Shown: positions 37,175 through 50,441 of the stretch, in pieces
Layout of the letters: every line of letters starts with the position of its first letter
Numbering within the stretch: position 1 is the first letter of the stretch
Assembly: GCA_043228905.1 (NCBI GenBank)
Contig: JBHGNT010000005.1
Location: 17,608,001-17,672,000 of the forward strand
Reading direction: 5' to 3'
Length of the DNA: 64,000 nt
Source of the DNA: Azolla caroliniana
Lineage: Eukaryota > Plantae > Polypodiophyta
The notes under the pieces: model-generated
Database searches by the model: none
What the model saw: only the letters and a program-made list of their open reading frames with translations
What the model was told of the DNA's origin: nothing
Made by a program: the position numbers and the translations under genes

Positions 37175-39552
37175 CGAGGGTCACAACAATACTTGTGTTG
37201 TCCTTAGGATTCTTCATCAAACCTAAGGAACCCCAAATAAACCCTAAGGAACCTAGGGCAATCCTAAATTGCCTCTAGGTTTGAAAAAGGAAATAGATCA
37301 TAGTTAAGATCAAATTTCTAAAATTGTCCTAGGTAAGGCTAATTTCATAACTAATCAGCCCTAAAGCTGATCCTAAATCAACTCTCCTTAGGACCAATTA
37401 CTAATAAGCTCAAACTAAGGCTAATTTGCTCTTTCGTGACAAGGGGTAACATTAAGGGGGCAATGGATACGTTGCACATAACGAGCACTAGGCGATGGGC
37501 CCACTTCCCATCAATGCACGTTGTAGTTGCTCAGCGTTAGGGATCCACACATGATGCCAAGCCTAGACTTCACACCAAAGACGCCTTCACCCTACCATCT
37601 TTCTACAATCAACCTTTCTAGGCACTATACCCATGACCAGAAAGGGAGGGAGGGAACTTTATGTTCCCAAAATGTCCATTCCGATAAAATATGCACTCAT
37701 TCCTAAAGTATACTCCCCCCTTAAAGCATAAATAAAAAAACTACACCAAGCACACTGGTCGTGGAGAACACGACACCAATGATGGACAAATTTTAAAAAA
37801 AGTTAGAATACTTAGCATACATATTCTACATGTATTGTATGCTAATCATTCTACAACAATGTGAATCAAATCTGAAAAATGGTGAATGATTTATGGAAAA
37901 AGCTAGACATCCAAAAATGGAGAAAGATGAAATGGAAGAAGCTTCAAGTTTGAAAATATAGAACAATGAAATGGAGAATGCTCCATTGGAAGAAGGTTCA
38001 CAATTGAAAATTAGGTAAATGCTTTAATGTGACAGGGAAATAGCCCCCAAAATGGTAAGATCCTTCACAACCGTTTTCTCCATTTTCTCACTTTATTGCA
38101 CCTTTTACTACCCCTACCCCACTCCCTAAAATGTTTCTTTTTTGTTGAAATTGTGTTTTTTTTATAATTTTTAGTACTAATAAAAAATTGCCATGTTTTT
38201 TGGGCCAAAAAACATACCGTCCCGTAGCCTTTTCACACATGGGTCGTCCTGACCGGCCAACACGAAGGAGTCGAAAAGATAGAGGAGACAAAAGGGGAGT
38301 AAATTGAAGAAATTAACTAGTTGTAGAAAGTAGTTGAAGAATCGAATTTGTCGAACTCTCGCTCTAGTCGAAGAATTGAACTAGTTGAAGAAAGCCCTTG
38401 CCGAAGAAACATTCGTCGAGGAAAGCCGTGGTCGAAGAAAGCCCTTGCTGAAGAAACCTTAGTTGAAGAAAGCCTTGGACAAAGAAAGCATGCCACTTTG
38501 TCCTCCCTATGAACAACCAATTTGCTAGCCTCATTGCCTCCCCTTGAATGTTGAAAACCCCACACAAAGAAGAAAAGCAATTCGAAGAAGATGAAGATGA
38601 ACACGCCGAAGAGGGCCACACAAACAAAGAATGACGAAGAATTTAAGAAGATGTTGAACAACCACATAATGTTCGTATTCACACTGTCCATTTTGGACAA
38701 ACCATATTTGTAATAATCAAGCTTGTGTTAACATATAACCAAGCTTATACTATCTATTCTTGTTGTTCCCCATCTTGAAATATAGTGTATACAATTGTGC
38801 CAATCGTCTCCTTTTATCTTCTTTCCTTCTCTATGTTGCATTAGAGCACTGTTCTTTGCTTCCATTCACACACTTGTTGTCTATTAGATCACAAAGACAT
38901 GCATACACTATTGTAGACATTTATTGATTGACGACCTTTTCCCAACAATTGGTATTAAAACCATTTTCATCTGCTGCATGTTGTCATTCTCTCCCGCAAC
39001 ACTCACACTTCATTTTGTTTGGTGAAAACTCCAAGTCTACGGGATCTTCTGGAACAAATTCCTCAAGCTTCCCTCAGTTGAAGCTTTGATTCGGTGACTG
39101 CAAACATGCAATTTGTGAGAGAAAGAAGTACTGTTGTTCGTTGGACAAAGTGTCTTTGTGTTGGTCTTGACTTCCCGAACGCATACAACTCAGGACACTT
39201 GATTTGGGTCAACTGACAAAGAGTTACAATTGATTTTCTGCACTCTACAAAAATAAGCAAAATTACAATTTAAAATTAAATCACAATTTTGACAACCACG
39301 GTCTCGGGTAAAGCTACGACTTTGTATCCGACCTGTTTAGGACACTTTGGCCAACATCCTCTTCTTAACGTTTGTGCTCACTCCGGTTAGATCGCACTTC
39401 AGGTAGACCACATACAATCATACCTCCCTTCGATCATAACCACTCCCAGTTGAACTACAAATCAGCCAACTCCCACTAAAAGGGCTTCGAGATCCGGCTC
39501 ATCAGAAATGAGCTTTCGGAAGTTTGAGGACACGAACTTCAACTTCTGGAAC

Positions 39553-39630
39553 TGTCAGGAATAGTACTGAGACAGAGAAGAAATTAGTAAGAGAGGAATA
39601 TTAGTACTAAGAGGAATAGAGGGTGTAGAA

Positions 39631-39688
<58 letters not shown>

Positions 39689-39982
39689 TGATGATGACAG
39701 TGATATATTATGTGAGAAGAATATACAAGGAAGGCTAGGAGGCTTAAGACTGGCGTTGAACCGATTTGGTTCGAAATAATGCTTTGTGCCTCCTTTTATA
39801 GTGTTCTCAGGAGTAGTCCTGAAGCTTCTAGAATTTTCTAGAGAAATTTGGAATATACATTAATTTTCTATAGTAAAACTTAAATAAAAATAATATTTTA
39901 CGGATTACAATAGATAGTGTAATGGTCAAGAGCTCGACCCATGTAACATAAGGTCACGGGTTTGAGTCTTGCCATATCATGA
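39553..39982 (-). repeat. Chromovirus LTR in inverted orientation, with (GA)n and a tRNA-like cassette
   Basis: Reverse complement of LTR 52230-52687 (TGTCAGGAATAGTACT... versus ...AGTACTGTTCCTGACA). Confidence 0.85.
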
Positions 39983-41412
39983 GTGCAACTAGATGGAATT
40001 TTTAGGCTATGTCATCTCCTCGAAAGGCAACTCTATGGATCTAACCAAGGTCAAAACTGTGATAGAGTGGTAGACTCCACATTCATTGAGAGATGTGCAA
40101 TGCTTTTTAGGCTTTGCCAATTTTTACCGTAAGTTTATACAAGATTACTCAAAGCTTATTCTGCCTCTCACACAACTTACCAAGAAGGGGCAGTTGTTTG
40201 TTTGGTCTAAAGAAGCGGACATGGCTTTTGAGAGTCTTAAGAAGGCATTCACATCAGCTCCTATTCTAGCTCATGTTGATCCAGCAAAACCTTTCATCAT
40301 TGAGGTAGACGCGTCGGATTTCGCCTTGGGTAGCATTCTTTCACAACAAGGCGATGATGAAAAGCTACATCTTGTGGTTTTCCACTCACACAAGTTTGAC
40401 GCCGTCAAAATCAACTATGAAATTCACGATAAAGATCTATTAGAAATAGTGGACTCTTTTACGCAATGGAGGCATTTTCGAGAGGGATCTTCTCATGAGG
40501 TCACTATATTCAATGATCACAAAAATCTTGCGTACTTCCAGAATGCTCATGTATTAAATCAATGTCAAACTCGGTGGGTCCAATTCTGTTGTCCGGGTAA
40601 CAAATTCCTCACTCATTTCGACTTCAAAATTACATATCGTCCTAGGAAGTAGAAAGGGAAGGCAGATGCGTTATCGCGGGGCTCGTATCTAGCACCGCAT
40701 CCCCGTGAGCCAACATTCGATATCCAAAAGCAAGTAATCCTGGGACCGGCACGACTGCAAGCAACACGGGTTTTCGATATGCCATTGGATTCCCACATTA
40801 TCGATACCATACGTGAGGACTTGAAGATAGATGCTTTCGCTCAAGCCACTCTAGCACAAATTGATCACTCTCGGGCATCTTGTTCACAATCGCAACAACT
40901 AGGTACGGATTATCGACAATTCGAATGTCATGATGGATTACTATTCTTTAAGAAGCTCTTGTGTTAATCCTTAGGGCCGGAAAATGGCCTAACACAAGGT
41001 GTCTCTGGAAGACACTTCACCAAAGGGGTGTTACGGCGAGATAACTTAAGACACAACGATTATTTCGACTTAATTAGCTACTTAGCAATAAGGCATACAC
41101 TTAATACACGCGTAAGATATAACAATTAATTCAGAACGGTAATCAATACGTGAAGATAGAACAAGAAGCTTATATTAATTCTCCGTTAGAGTTATACATT
41201 GTAACCGGGCCTTTATATAGGTCACCGATGCTGCGTACAAAACGGTGCCAACCGGCACCTGTTCGGAATCAGTCCGGATCCGGATCGGCATACCGATTCC
41301 GGTCCGTCCGTTCACTACATAATTATAATCTAATCTACTTATTTAAGTATATTCCGAATAACCATCCCTTTTCACATTCTGGTCTCTGCTCCTTTGCCGG
41401 CCGGGTAATACA

Positions 41413-41430
41413 TGGCACGCCCGTGGGACA
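41413..41430 (+). promoter_or_regulatory. Inverted PBS (tRNA-Arg-like) at the PPT position of Gypsy C
   Basis: LTR-CA-TGGCACGCCCGTGGGACA on the strand opposite to the coding strand. Confidence 0.8.
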
Positions 41431-41463
41431 GTACCTTGTACGTCGAATCCCACTATCCGGCCC

Positions 41464-44400
41464 TTAGCCTTCATCCAAGATGTCCAGAATACTCTGCTCT
41501 AGGGTATCCAATGGTTGTTCGGAATTCGGTTGTTGCTGTGGTGGCTGCTGTGGCTGCGGCTCCTCTGGCTTTTGCTCCTGAGCGGGCGTCTGTTCGGCTC
41601 TCGGTACCAGCGGTTGTGGTGGTGATTCCTCCGTTAGCTGCTCCACCGGATTTGACTCCGGTTGACTCGTCCCGGCTTTGTCTCCGTCCGGTCCTTGCTC
41701 CGGTGATGGCTCCTCATCACTGAGGTTGACGGTCGCCGCCTGCTTTGCTTCTTCTCTCCATAGCCTGATCCGCTCATAGCTCTCAAACTGGATTTGAGCA
41801 TCCAGTCGATCATCATCTAGTGGGCTACAAGTTGCCAGACCACTGTTGCCTACTCCTTCGCCAAAGTTATAAAATCTTCGGCTAACTCCTCTCTGATGGC
41901 GGTGAAGTCCTCCTTCGTTAGCATGTAGCAATCGTCGCCATCCCTCTGCCGGTTTTCTGTGTCTGCTTGTAGCAACTGGAGCTCGGCTGTGTGCTTTGCC
42001 CATTTGTCCCACCATTGTGTGGAGCTTTCGTCAATCAAGCGTTTGGTCTTGTTCCTCCATGCCTGGACAATGAACTGGATCCGCTCCAATCCCATCTTTG
42101 ATTTGTCCTTTGCGGCTTGCCGTTCGTCCTTCAACTGCTTGATGAGTGCCACCGTATCCACCTCCTGCTCCTGGTAATGTGACAGTTGGGTTTGATAAGT
42201 GGTGTGCAGCCTTTGCAAGATCATCATCGCTCTTTCCTTCTCTTCATAATGCTGCTTATGCAGCTCCATCTGTTCTTGCGCGGCTTCCTCTAGTAGCGTG
42301 GTTCTTTCAACCCGTTCCTCTGCCAGCGTCGTCTCAACCCGATGTACCTCCTGCTGGAGCTCTGCCATCTTCTCCTGCTATTTCTTATGCTCCGTATCCA
42401 GGTGCTTGTAGTCCCGGTGCAGGTGTCAAAATCATTGGTTTTCTGTTTCAGCTTTTGGTTGAGTTGCCAGCGAGCACGGTCTTCTCGGTCCTTTTGCTGA
42501 CAGAGTTCTTCTTTCAGCCTTTCGATCTTTGTTTCCGCCATCCGTCGCAGCTTCTCCTTTTCTTGCAGCGCCTTCTCTTTCTCCTCCTTCAGCCGGTCGT
42601 AGGCCTTATGTCCTTTCCGCAGATTCTCTTTTGCCCGGCGGAGGTTCTCAGCAGTCTTTCGTTGCTCTTCTTCTGCCGCTTTCTTCAAGTCCCACTCTCG
42701 GGTGCGTAATGCTTCCTGTGCGGCCAATTCATCTCGTAATTCAACAAGCTCTTTTGCTTGCGCCACCACTATCTCCGGGACTGTTTCCGTCTCCGGGGTC
42801 TTATTGCTATGTACAGGTGCTGGTGCTTTTTTATTCTGTACATTGACTGGGGTCACCGGTGCTTGGAGCTATGGTCCGGTTAAGGCCATTTTGGCCAATT
42901 CTTCTGTGGGTAGGTCCAAGTCTTGTTCTACGCTCTGGATCCTCAACCGGGCCGTCTCTAGTTCTCTGGTTGTGATGAGCAACCGGTCCATCTGCGCTTT
43001 CTCTTCCGCCTCTATGTAGTGTACCACTCTGGCAATCTGTTCTCCAATCCACCGGAGCCATTGGCTACTGGTGCCCTGTTGTTGCATCTGCCCGGAGGGT
43101 TGGCTGTTGGTGTCGTTGGCCAGTGATCGGTTCGGTCCAGTTGCCTCGAGCTGCAACTCTGGCTCTTGTTGGTGACCACTTTGCCGTTCTGGTTGCGGCT
43201 CCGTTGGCTGCTCCGTTGGTTGCTCCGCCTCTGAATGCTCTTGGCCTACCGGTGGGGTCGACAACTATACTTCCGGCACTTGCATATCGGGTCTTGCTGT
43301 CTCCTGACCCGCCGGTAGAGGTTGTTGTGGAGGGGGCTCTGTGGCCGGTTCTATCCGAACTGGTTCCGGTTCCATCCTTGGTGCGGGCTGCTCAGGGCGG
43401 GGTACAGGCGTTCCATCCTTCTTTGGGTCTGAATGCTCCCCGGCATGTTCGGAGGTGCTTGCCTTCTAGTGCTGCTGGAGGTGCTCTAACAGTTCCTCCT
43501 CCGTTTCCTCGTCTTGAGTCCCGATGTTGATTTTTGCTACCAAGGGGTCCAACGCTTGTTGAACCGGTCGGCTAAGCCTAATCTTGATTGGCCGCACCGG
43601 TGGCTCCTCCTGCGTTTCCGCCTGCCGCTTCCTGTTGGCGCGCTCCTTTGCCGCCTGGTCCGTGTCGGCCGCCTTCCCTTTGGTTGCCTTAGACGCCAAC
43701 AACTGCTGCCGTTTAGAGGCCGTTTTCGGGGTGCTTGCGGTTGTTCTTCCCCGCTTCGTGGTCTTGACAGGCTCGATAGGTGGCGCCAATAGAGTGAGCC
43801 ATTGCGCCACCGCCGCCGATATCTTCCGACCCTCTTTGCCTCTTACAGAGTCGATGGCCGCACAGAGGCCATCCACAATTAGTACGGCCCAGTCCACCTT
43901 CATGCCTTCATATGTGGCTATGATTAAGCCGGCCCGGTTTTGGGGCATGCAGGGGGGTCGAGGGTATACATGTCCGAATTCATGGAGCACCCGGGCAATC
44001 TCTCGAAAGAGAGTATCTTTGCCGCCCTGTGTCCGGTAGGCCTTGCTTGCTAGAGAGTATTCCCCAAAGTATTTTCGGCGCTGTTCCGGGGTAGGGTTGT
44101 CGATAGTGAAGATTCCCCCTTCCGGAAGGGCAATCAACGCATGGATGGCCTCCTCAGTAATCAGGTCCGTGTCGATTTCTTTGACTATCTTCTCCACCTC
44201 CTGGTGCGGTGGCGCCTCCATGATGGTGAGGAAACCCTCTAAGCCGTGTTGCCTTAGCCACTTCTTGGCTGCTTCAGAGAGTGCTCGGCAGTCCATGGCT
44301 TTGTCGAGGTCGGTGAGCGCTGGTGAGGGTTGTGTGTGAGGAGTCTCTGTGTGCGTGGGTTCGCGTCTGCTTATCTTCAATCGCCTGTCTGTGTTTGTGC

Positions 44401-44479
44401 TCCTCTGTTCGTGAAATGTGAGGGTTTCTATATGGTGGGGGTCTTCTTGTTGCATGTTGGCGCCTGTTTTTTTTCTCAT
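41464..44479 (-). pseudogene. Accessory ORF downstream of pol in Gypsy C
   Basis: ORFs 43466-44479, 42869-43264, 42290-42856, 41850-42368 and 41464-42015; shares EAPPH, FG.YS..KAYRT, FRE.A, MP..AG.II.T.EG..VD with the ORF at 21065. Confidence 0.8.
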
Positions 44480-44759
44480 TACCCGCGCATGTGCACGTTG
44501 TGTACTAAAATAGAATAACGTGCCATGTGGCGGCAGTTTAATACCCTATTAATAGCCCACTACGTACCTTTTCAAAGTGCCTGTTCACTCCTTCTTTTTG
44601 CATGTGTTAGTTCACCCCTGGCCCTTGTATGATTTACTTTGATTTGATTTGATTTCTTTTTTTTCTTTTTCTTTTTTTTTTGATAATAAATGGTTTTGCT
44701 AATTAGCAACCGGTCCCACTGGATCTCTATCCGGATTGTGATCCTTGCCGGCGCTTCCG

Positions 44760-47700
44760 ACTTACCGGTGTCCAGTTCTGTGTCTCCCTTCACTTGTTCA
44801 AATGGGTTTTTTGGCATGGGTCCATTGTATGGTTGAGTCGGAACCCATTGAACCATTTGCCCAGAACGTCGCCGGCGAGTGTCCCTAATTGGTAGGAACT
44901 GTTGAACTCTCGCGTAATCCAGTATGGTCCGGTCCACCGAAACCGTAGCTTTCCCGGCATCTTACCCATCCGGGTCAGGAACACGAGTATCGGCTTACCG
45001 ATGCCGAACATCTTTTCGTTCCCTTTTCAGTGACGATCCACGAACGCCTTCCTTCGCCGCTGCTCTAGTTCTAGGTGCATGATGCTGGCTAGCCGGTGGT
45101 CTTCCAATTCGCACAATGCGTTTAACCGCATAGCTTCCGATTCCTTCTCATTTAGGTGTTCCCGAATTTGTATTCGTAAACTCAGGACCTGGAACTCTAC
45201 TGGTGTTGTGCGGATACTTGTTTTATATGCCGTTTGGTAGGCCCAGAGTGCACTGTGCAACTTTGTATCCCAATCCGTCTGGTTCTCATTGACGATTTTC
45301 CGCAGGATATTCTGTAGTGTTTTATTTGTTGACTCTGCTAATCCGTTGGCTTGCAGATAATAGGGAGTGCTTCGTTTGTGCACCACCGCATAAAATGTCG
45401 TCAAACTTTCCACTACTTGCCCTAAGAAGTGCCCACCTTGGTCACTTATGAGCTCTATCGGACATCCATATCGGCACCAGATGCATTCATATAAATTTTT
45501 TGCCGTGGATGCTACGGTGTTGTCGCGTAGTGCTTTCGCTTCCACCCATTTCGTGCAGTAATCTGTAGCGACGATCACGTACCGGTTGCCGGTTCTCATT
45601 GCCGGTGGTTTGAACAGACCGACAAAATCTAGCCCCCATTTCTCAAATGGTTCTAACGGTAGCACGGGCTTGTGAGGCATTCTGGCTTTTTCGGTTGGTT
45701 GCCCCATTCGTTGACATAGGTCACATGCTTTAGCGTACCGGACTACATCTTTCAATGTTGTTGGCCACCATAGTCCACTCTGCCATATTTTCCTTGCCGT
45801 AGGGTCTCCGGCATAATGTCCTCTGGCCACGCCGCAGTGTGCCTCGTGCAATATTACTTCCTTTTTGTCACTGCGCACTGCACGCCGCCATCTGTGCCTT
45901 TGTGGTACAGTGTGTCCTACAATAGACAGAAGTGCCGGCTTTGAACCGCTTAGCGTTTCCTTTCGTCTCTGTTCATCTCCTCCGAAGGTAAACCAGTGCT
46001 CAGAAATTGGTGCATATTGGTGAGCCACTTGTCTTCCTTTGCGACCAAACTGTCTGTTGCCGTTTCTGCTGTGACTCTAAATAGCTCTGCATCCGGAAAG
46101 TCGTCTGGACTCCGTCATCGGTTTCGCCAGAATCTAGCTGGCTTAAATAGTCCGCTACCGCATGTTGTATGCCGGGTCGGTGGAATATCTCGAACTCGAA
46201 TTCTTGCAGTAGTAACGTCCACCGGGCCAGCTTACCGGTGAGTGATGCTTTGGACACCAAATGGAGGAGCGTCGAATGATCTACGTGAAAGGAAAATTTC
46301 CTGCCCAACAGATAGTGTCTAAACTTGGTGACATTGTAGATCATTCCCAAAGCCTCCCTTTTGCGTTGTGGAATAATTACGTTCCACTTGGGACAACTTC
46401 CGGCTGGCATAATAGACTGGCCGGTACCATTTTGGTTCTGTCAGTTGCATCAGTGCGCTCCCGATTGCAATCCGGAGGTCAACGAACACATGGAACTCTT
46501 TGGACCAATCCGGAGGTTGCACCACCGACACTTGTGACAACAGTACTTTTAGTGCCCGGTAAGCCTGGTCTTCTGTGTCCGTCCATCGGAACGGTGTCCG
46601 ATGTACTGCGGCATGCAGTGGTGTCGCCAGGTCTACCAAATACCGGAGCATTCGGCTATGCCACCGAATTTGTCCTAAGAACCGGCTTAGTGCCTTTGCC
46701 GTGGCTGGTGCCAGTGCCTCCAAGATTGCTTTTACTTTGTCGGGATCCACTGCGATACCATCCTTGTTGACTATGTGGCCCAGTAACGCTCCGCTGGTTA
46801 CTCCGAACATGCATTTTGCCGGGTTCAGGCTAAGTCGGTAAACCCTACATTTTTCTAGGCATAGTCGGAGGTGCTGAAGGTGATCCCCTTCCTGGCTATA
46901 AACAACGAAGTCATCCAAAAACACCTGCATGAATGCCGGAATGAATTCCTCGAAAATTTCCATGATGATCCGTTGGAAGGTTGTCGGTGCCGTTTTCAGT
47001 CTGAACATCATCACTATGGCAACAAAGACTCCCCATTCGGTGACAAAAGCGGTTTTCTCCTGGTCGGCGGGGTGCATCCGGATCTTATTATAGCCGCTGA
47101 AACCATCCAGAAAACTGTACACCTTATGACCGGCGACCGCATCCAGGACTCCATCCGTGAATGGAAGTGGGAAGGCGTCCGTTACCGTAGCTGCATTCAA
47201 TTTCCGGTAGTTGACGCACACTCTGGTTTTACCGTTCTTTTTGGGTACTACCACTATCAGGCTGAGCCATGTGGCTTTCTTTACCGGTCGGATGAAGCCC
47301 ACTCTCAGCAACTTGTCGATTTCTTCTTTGACCTTTGCTGCGTAATTCAGGTTCATTCGGTAACTTCGTTGTGCTACCGGTTTGGCGTCTTTGCTCAGAT
47401 GTATTTAGTGTTGATATAACTGAGGATCGAGTCCCGACATATCTTCGTAGGACCAGGCGAACACATCGCGAAATTCTTTTAGGAGTGTGATCATTGCCGT
47501 TTTGTTCTTCGAAGTCATTTCCTTGGCGATGTGCACCGGTCTTGTGTCCTCTGTGGTACCGAGGTTTACCTCTTCTAGTTGGGATGCTTTCACACGCTGT
47601 GATACTGCCATTTCTTTTTCCAGTGCCTCCTGTGCTTGCCGTAATTCCCGGATTGCCTCTTTATCCAGTTCCTTGTCGGTCTCGTCCAGTTGCAGTATGT

Positions 47701-50397
47701 ACGGTGATACTGCTTCGGTTACATCAATCTCGAACAGAGGTACGATCTTCGGATTTTCCTGTAAGTATTGATCGACCTCTTCATCTGGCAATACTTCCAG
47801 CATGTTAACACATTCCACATATAGCGGTGTTGATTCCTTGCCGGTACCGGATCGTGGTTGAGTCGGTACTCGTACTTACGCTTTTCCACGCCGGAATGTA
47901 TTTATGTTCCTCCTCCAATTTTGCTTTATGTGTGCCGTTTTAAACCAGGGTCGTCCCAACAATAGCGGGTAAGCGCCCTGAGCTTGTAGCTGGAGAACTA
48001 CTACGGAAAAGCGAAATGTGTGACCCCCGATGGTCACTTCCAGATCGTGTATTAATCCGGTCGGCCATACTGAGCTAGTGTCTGCCATCCGAAACCAAAA
48101 CGGACACGGTTCCTAGTCCTAGATTCCTAGCGTGTTACATGTTCGGAGGTTGATCACGTTCACGCCAGATCCTCCATTGATAATCGTGCCGGGTAGTTCT
48201 TTTCCCTTCTCGATGGCTGTGATTGATGGACTGCTTGTGTCCACCACTGCCAGTCCTTCCTCTGGATTTGAAAAGAATGCCGGAGCCGGTGGTGTGTCAG
48301 CTGCCGTCCTTCCGGTCTTCAGTCCTTCCATGAACCGTGGTACCAGTTGCAATAGCCGTCCTAACGGCAACGTGATTTGGCAGTCTTGTAACGCCTGCCA
48401 TGTTGGGTTTTTGGGTTGCCCCGTGCCGGTGAGCTCTTCGGCATTCTCCTTTTGTTGTTCGAGCTCAACCACATTCCGTTCATTTGCCTTCTTCACCCAT
48501 TCGGTTGCGTGCTTCCGGATGGCTTCTTGAGTTTCCCACTCCGTGGCTTTGCCTTTTGACCTTGTAGTGACTTGTTGTAGGTCCGCGACTTCTGCGTCTA
48601 CCATGTTCACCGCTGGTCGATTGTCGTAGCTCTTCGCCGGACATGTATTACTATAGTGGCCCTCTTGTTGGCAATAATAGCAGTATGGCTTCCGGGCGTT
48701 GCTGGATTCGGCGTGTATGCTTGGTGGCGGACCAGGGGCAAGTGCTTGGTTTTGGTCTATATGGCTGCTCGGAGCGCCCTTTTCCGGTTCTCGTGAATGA
48801 CCCCCCTTTTTGTTGAAATGACGTTTCTTATTGAAATTCTTTTTGTTGCGATATCCTTGCCGGGGCTGGTCGTCAGCCTTGCCATAGTCGTCCCGTCGGT
48901 GGTTGTAACCAGGGGAATGATCCCGGTTATATCTTTTATACCGTCCATTATAGTCCCGGTATCTATCCTGTCTATCATACCGGTCATATGCGTCTCTTTG
49001 GTCGCTATACCGGACATCTTGTGCCGGCCGGTAGCGCTCCTCTCGGCGCCATCGTTCTTCTTCTTCCTCTCGGTTGCTCCATGCTTCAATTTGCCGGACC
49101 AGTGGTGCTTGTCAATTTAACAAGTTATACTCACACCGTTCTATTGTGTGACTTCTGGAGTGGCAGAGCAAGCATTGGGCACGCATGGTGCATTCCAGCG
49201 CCGAATGACCGGCATTCAAGCATATCGTACATTGAACTGCTTGTCGGAAACGGAGGTCCTCTTCTATCGGTAGCATACGCTAAAGTGCGCCCATGGTTAG
49301 CCATGAACCCGAGTTTTCCATTTCCCGAACTCGGTCAATCACTTGATCTATGGCGGAAATCGATGATGGTGCACACCATCTGTAAGGGTTCCCGGAGTGC
49401 TGCTAAGAATATGGCCTTTGTTTCTTCCTCCAGTGGTGTCCGGCTGAGCTGACTGTGTATCCGCTGGAACCGGATGACAAACTGTTGGATGTTCTCCCTT
49501 GGTTCCTGCCGGATACTATAAAATAAGCCAACCATTTCCCACTGGCCCATCTCCTTGTGGAAGAAATGCAAGAATTTTGTCTTTAATGTTTCAAACGTGG
49601 GGATGGTGTTGGGATCCTATGTTCGGTGCCATCTGGCGGCCGGTCCCTCCAAGGTCATGCCGAACTCTTCCTGTTTTGAGCGTTCCTCTTCAGCTGCATT
49701 TAAGCGTTGGGACACATGGTTCGCTTCCCAGGTCTGCTAAAATGCATGGACGTGGGCTTCTGCATCCAGATCATCCCGGTATCTGGGATATTGGAACGAC
49801 ATATCGTCGTTCGGTGTCGGTGCACGGGCTGGTGGTGTCGGTGGTCGTTCCTCCTCTGGTGGTGACGGAGGTTTTCCCCGGTCTTCTGTCGCCGTCAGAG
49901 GTCTTTCTTGCTCCTCTTGTGGTGTCAGAGGCTTCTCCTCCTCGACTTCCGGTGTTAGAGGTCTCTCGTCGTCGACTTCTGGTACCGGAGTTTCCAACCT
50001 TGTCGATTCGGGTTCTGTTGTCGGCAAAGTATCTGACTCCTCGTCCTCTGGTCCGCCTGGGGTGTCGTTACTGCTGCGGTAGTTCGTCTGCGCGCTGTAT
50101 TCCCCGTCCGAACCTGATTTAAATGCCGAAAATGCTTCGGATTCGCCTTCCCCCGCTGCCAATGCCTGGAGAAGAGATTCTGCTTCCCGGATGTTCCTTA
50201 GGCTACTTCTTTCGTCCGGGCAAGCGTTTTGTGGAAGTCGAAGTGATTCCTTGGCAACTCTCCGGATAACTTTCGAAAATGAGCGATCCGCTCTGATTTC
50301 TTCTGCCGCTTGCTAGAAAGCCTCTCGCTTCCTCAGCCGTTCAGCAAGTCGCCTTGCTCGCTCCGTAACCGGGTCGTTCGTTGGTCGCGTCATCCAT
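44760..50397 (-). pseudogene. gag-pol of Gypsy C
   Basis: Gag (QYPRYRDD..AEAHVHAF; CYYC..GH knuckle at ~48650), protease (IINGGSGVNV, LLGRPW), RT 46319-47356 (FMQVFLDDF), integrase 45027-46028; multiple stops and frameshifts. Confidence 0.92.
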
Positions 50398-50430
50398 TCC
50401 CACTGCTATTCGCTGCGATTGTGCAGGAAT

Positions 50431-50441
50431 CGTGGTCGCCA
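50431..50441 (-). promoter_or_regulatory. Canonical-position PBS of Gypsy C (tRNA-Arg-like, short)
   Basis: Minus strand LTR-CAGTTTT-TGGCGACCACG. Confidence 0.65.

Noticed and set aside
38290-38962. Old LTR followed by a degenerate Met PBS (TGGTATTAAAACC)
   Set aside because: No partner LTR, TSD or coding region is recognisable.
39490-39525. Minus-strand GAAA...CTGATGA hammerhead-like words
   Set aside because: No stem I or stem II can form; it is just a small GCTCAT/ATGAGC hairpin.
41413-41430. Interpreting element C as simply plus-oriented with an antisense gag-pol
   Set aside because: The other end has no PPT on the plus strand but has its own PBS on the minus strand, and the LTR TATA points in the coding direction.
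40779-41467. ORFs 41150-41467 and 50637-50936 as genes
   Set aside because: They lie in LTRs antisense to the element, start at GTG and have no recognisable motifs.
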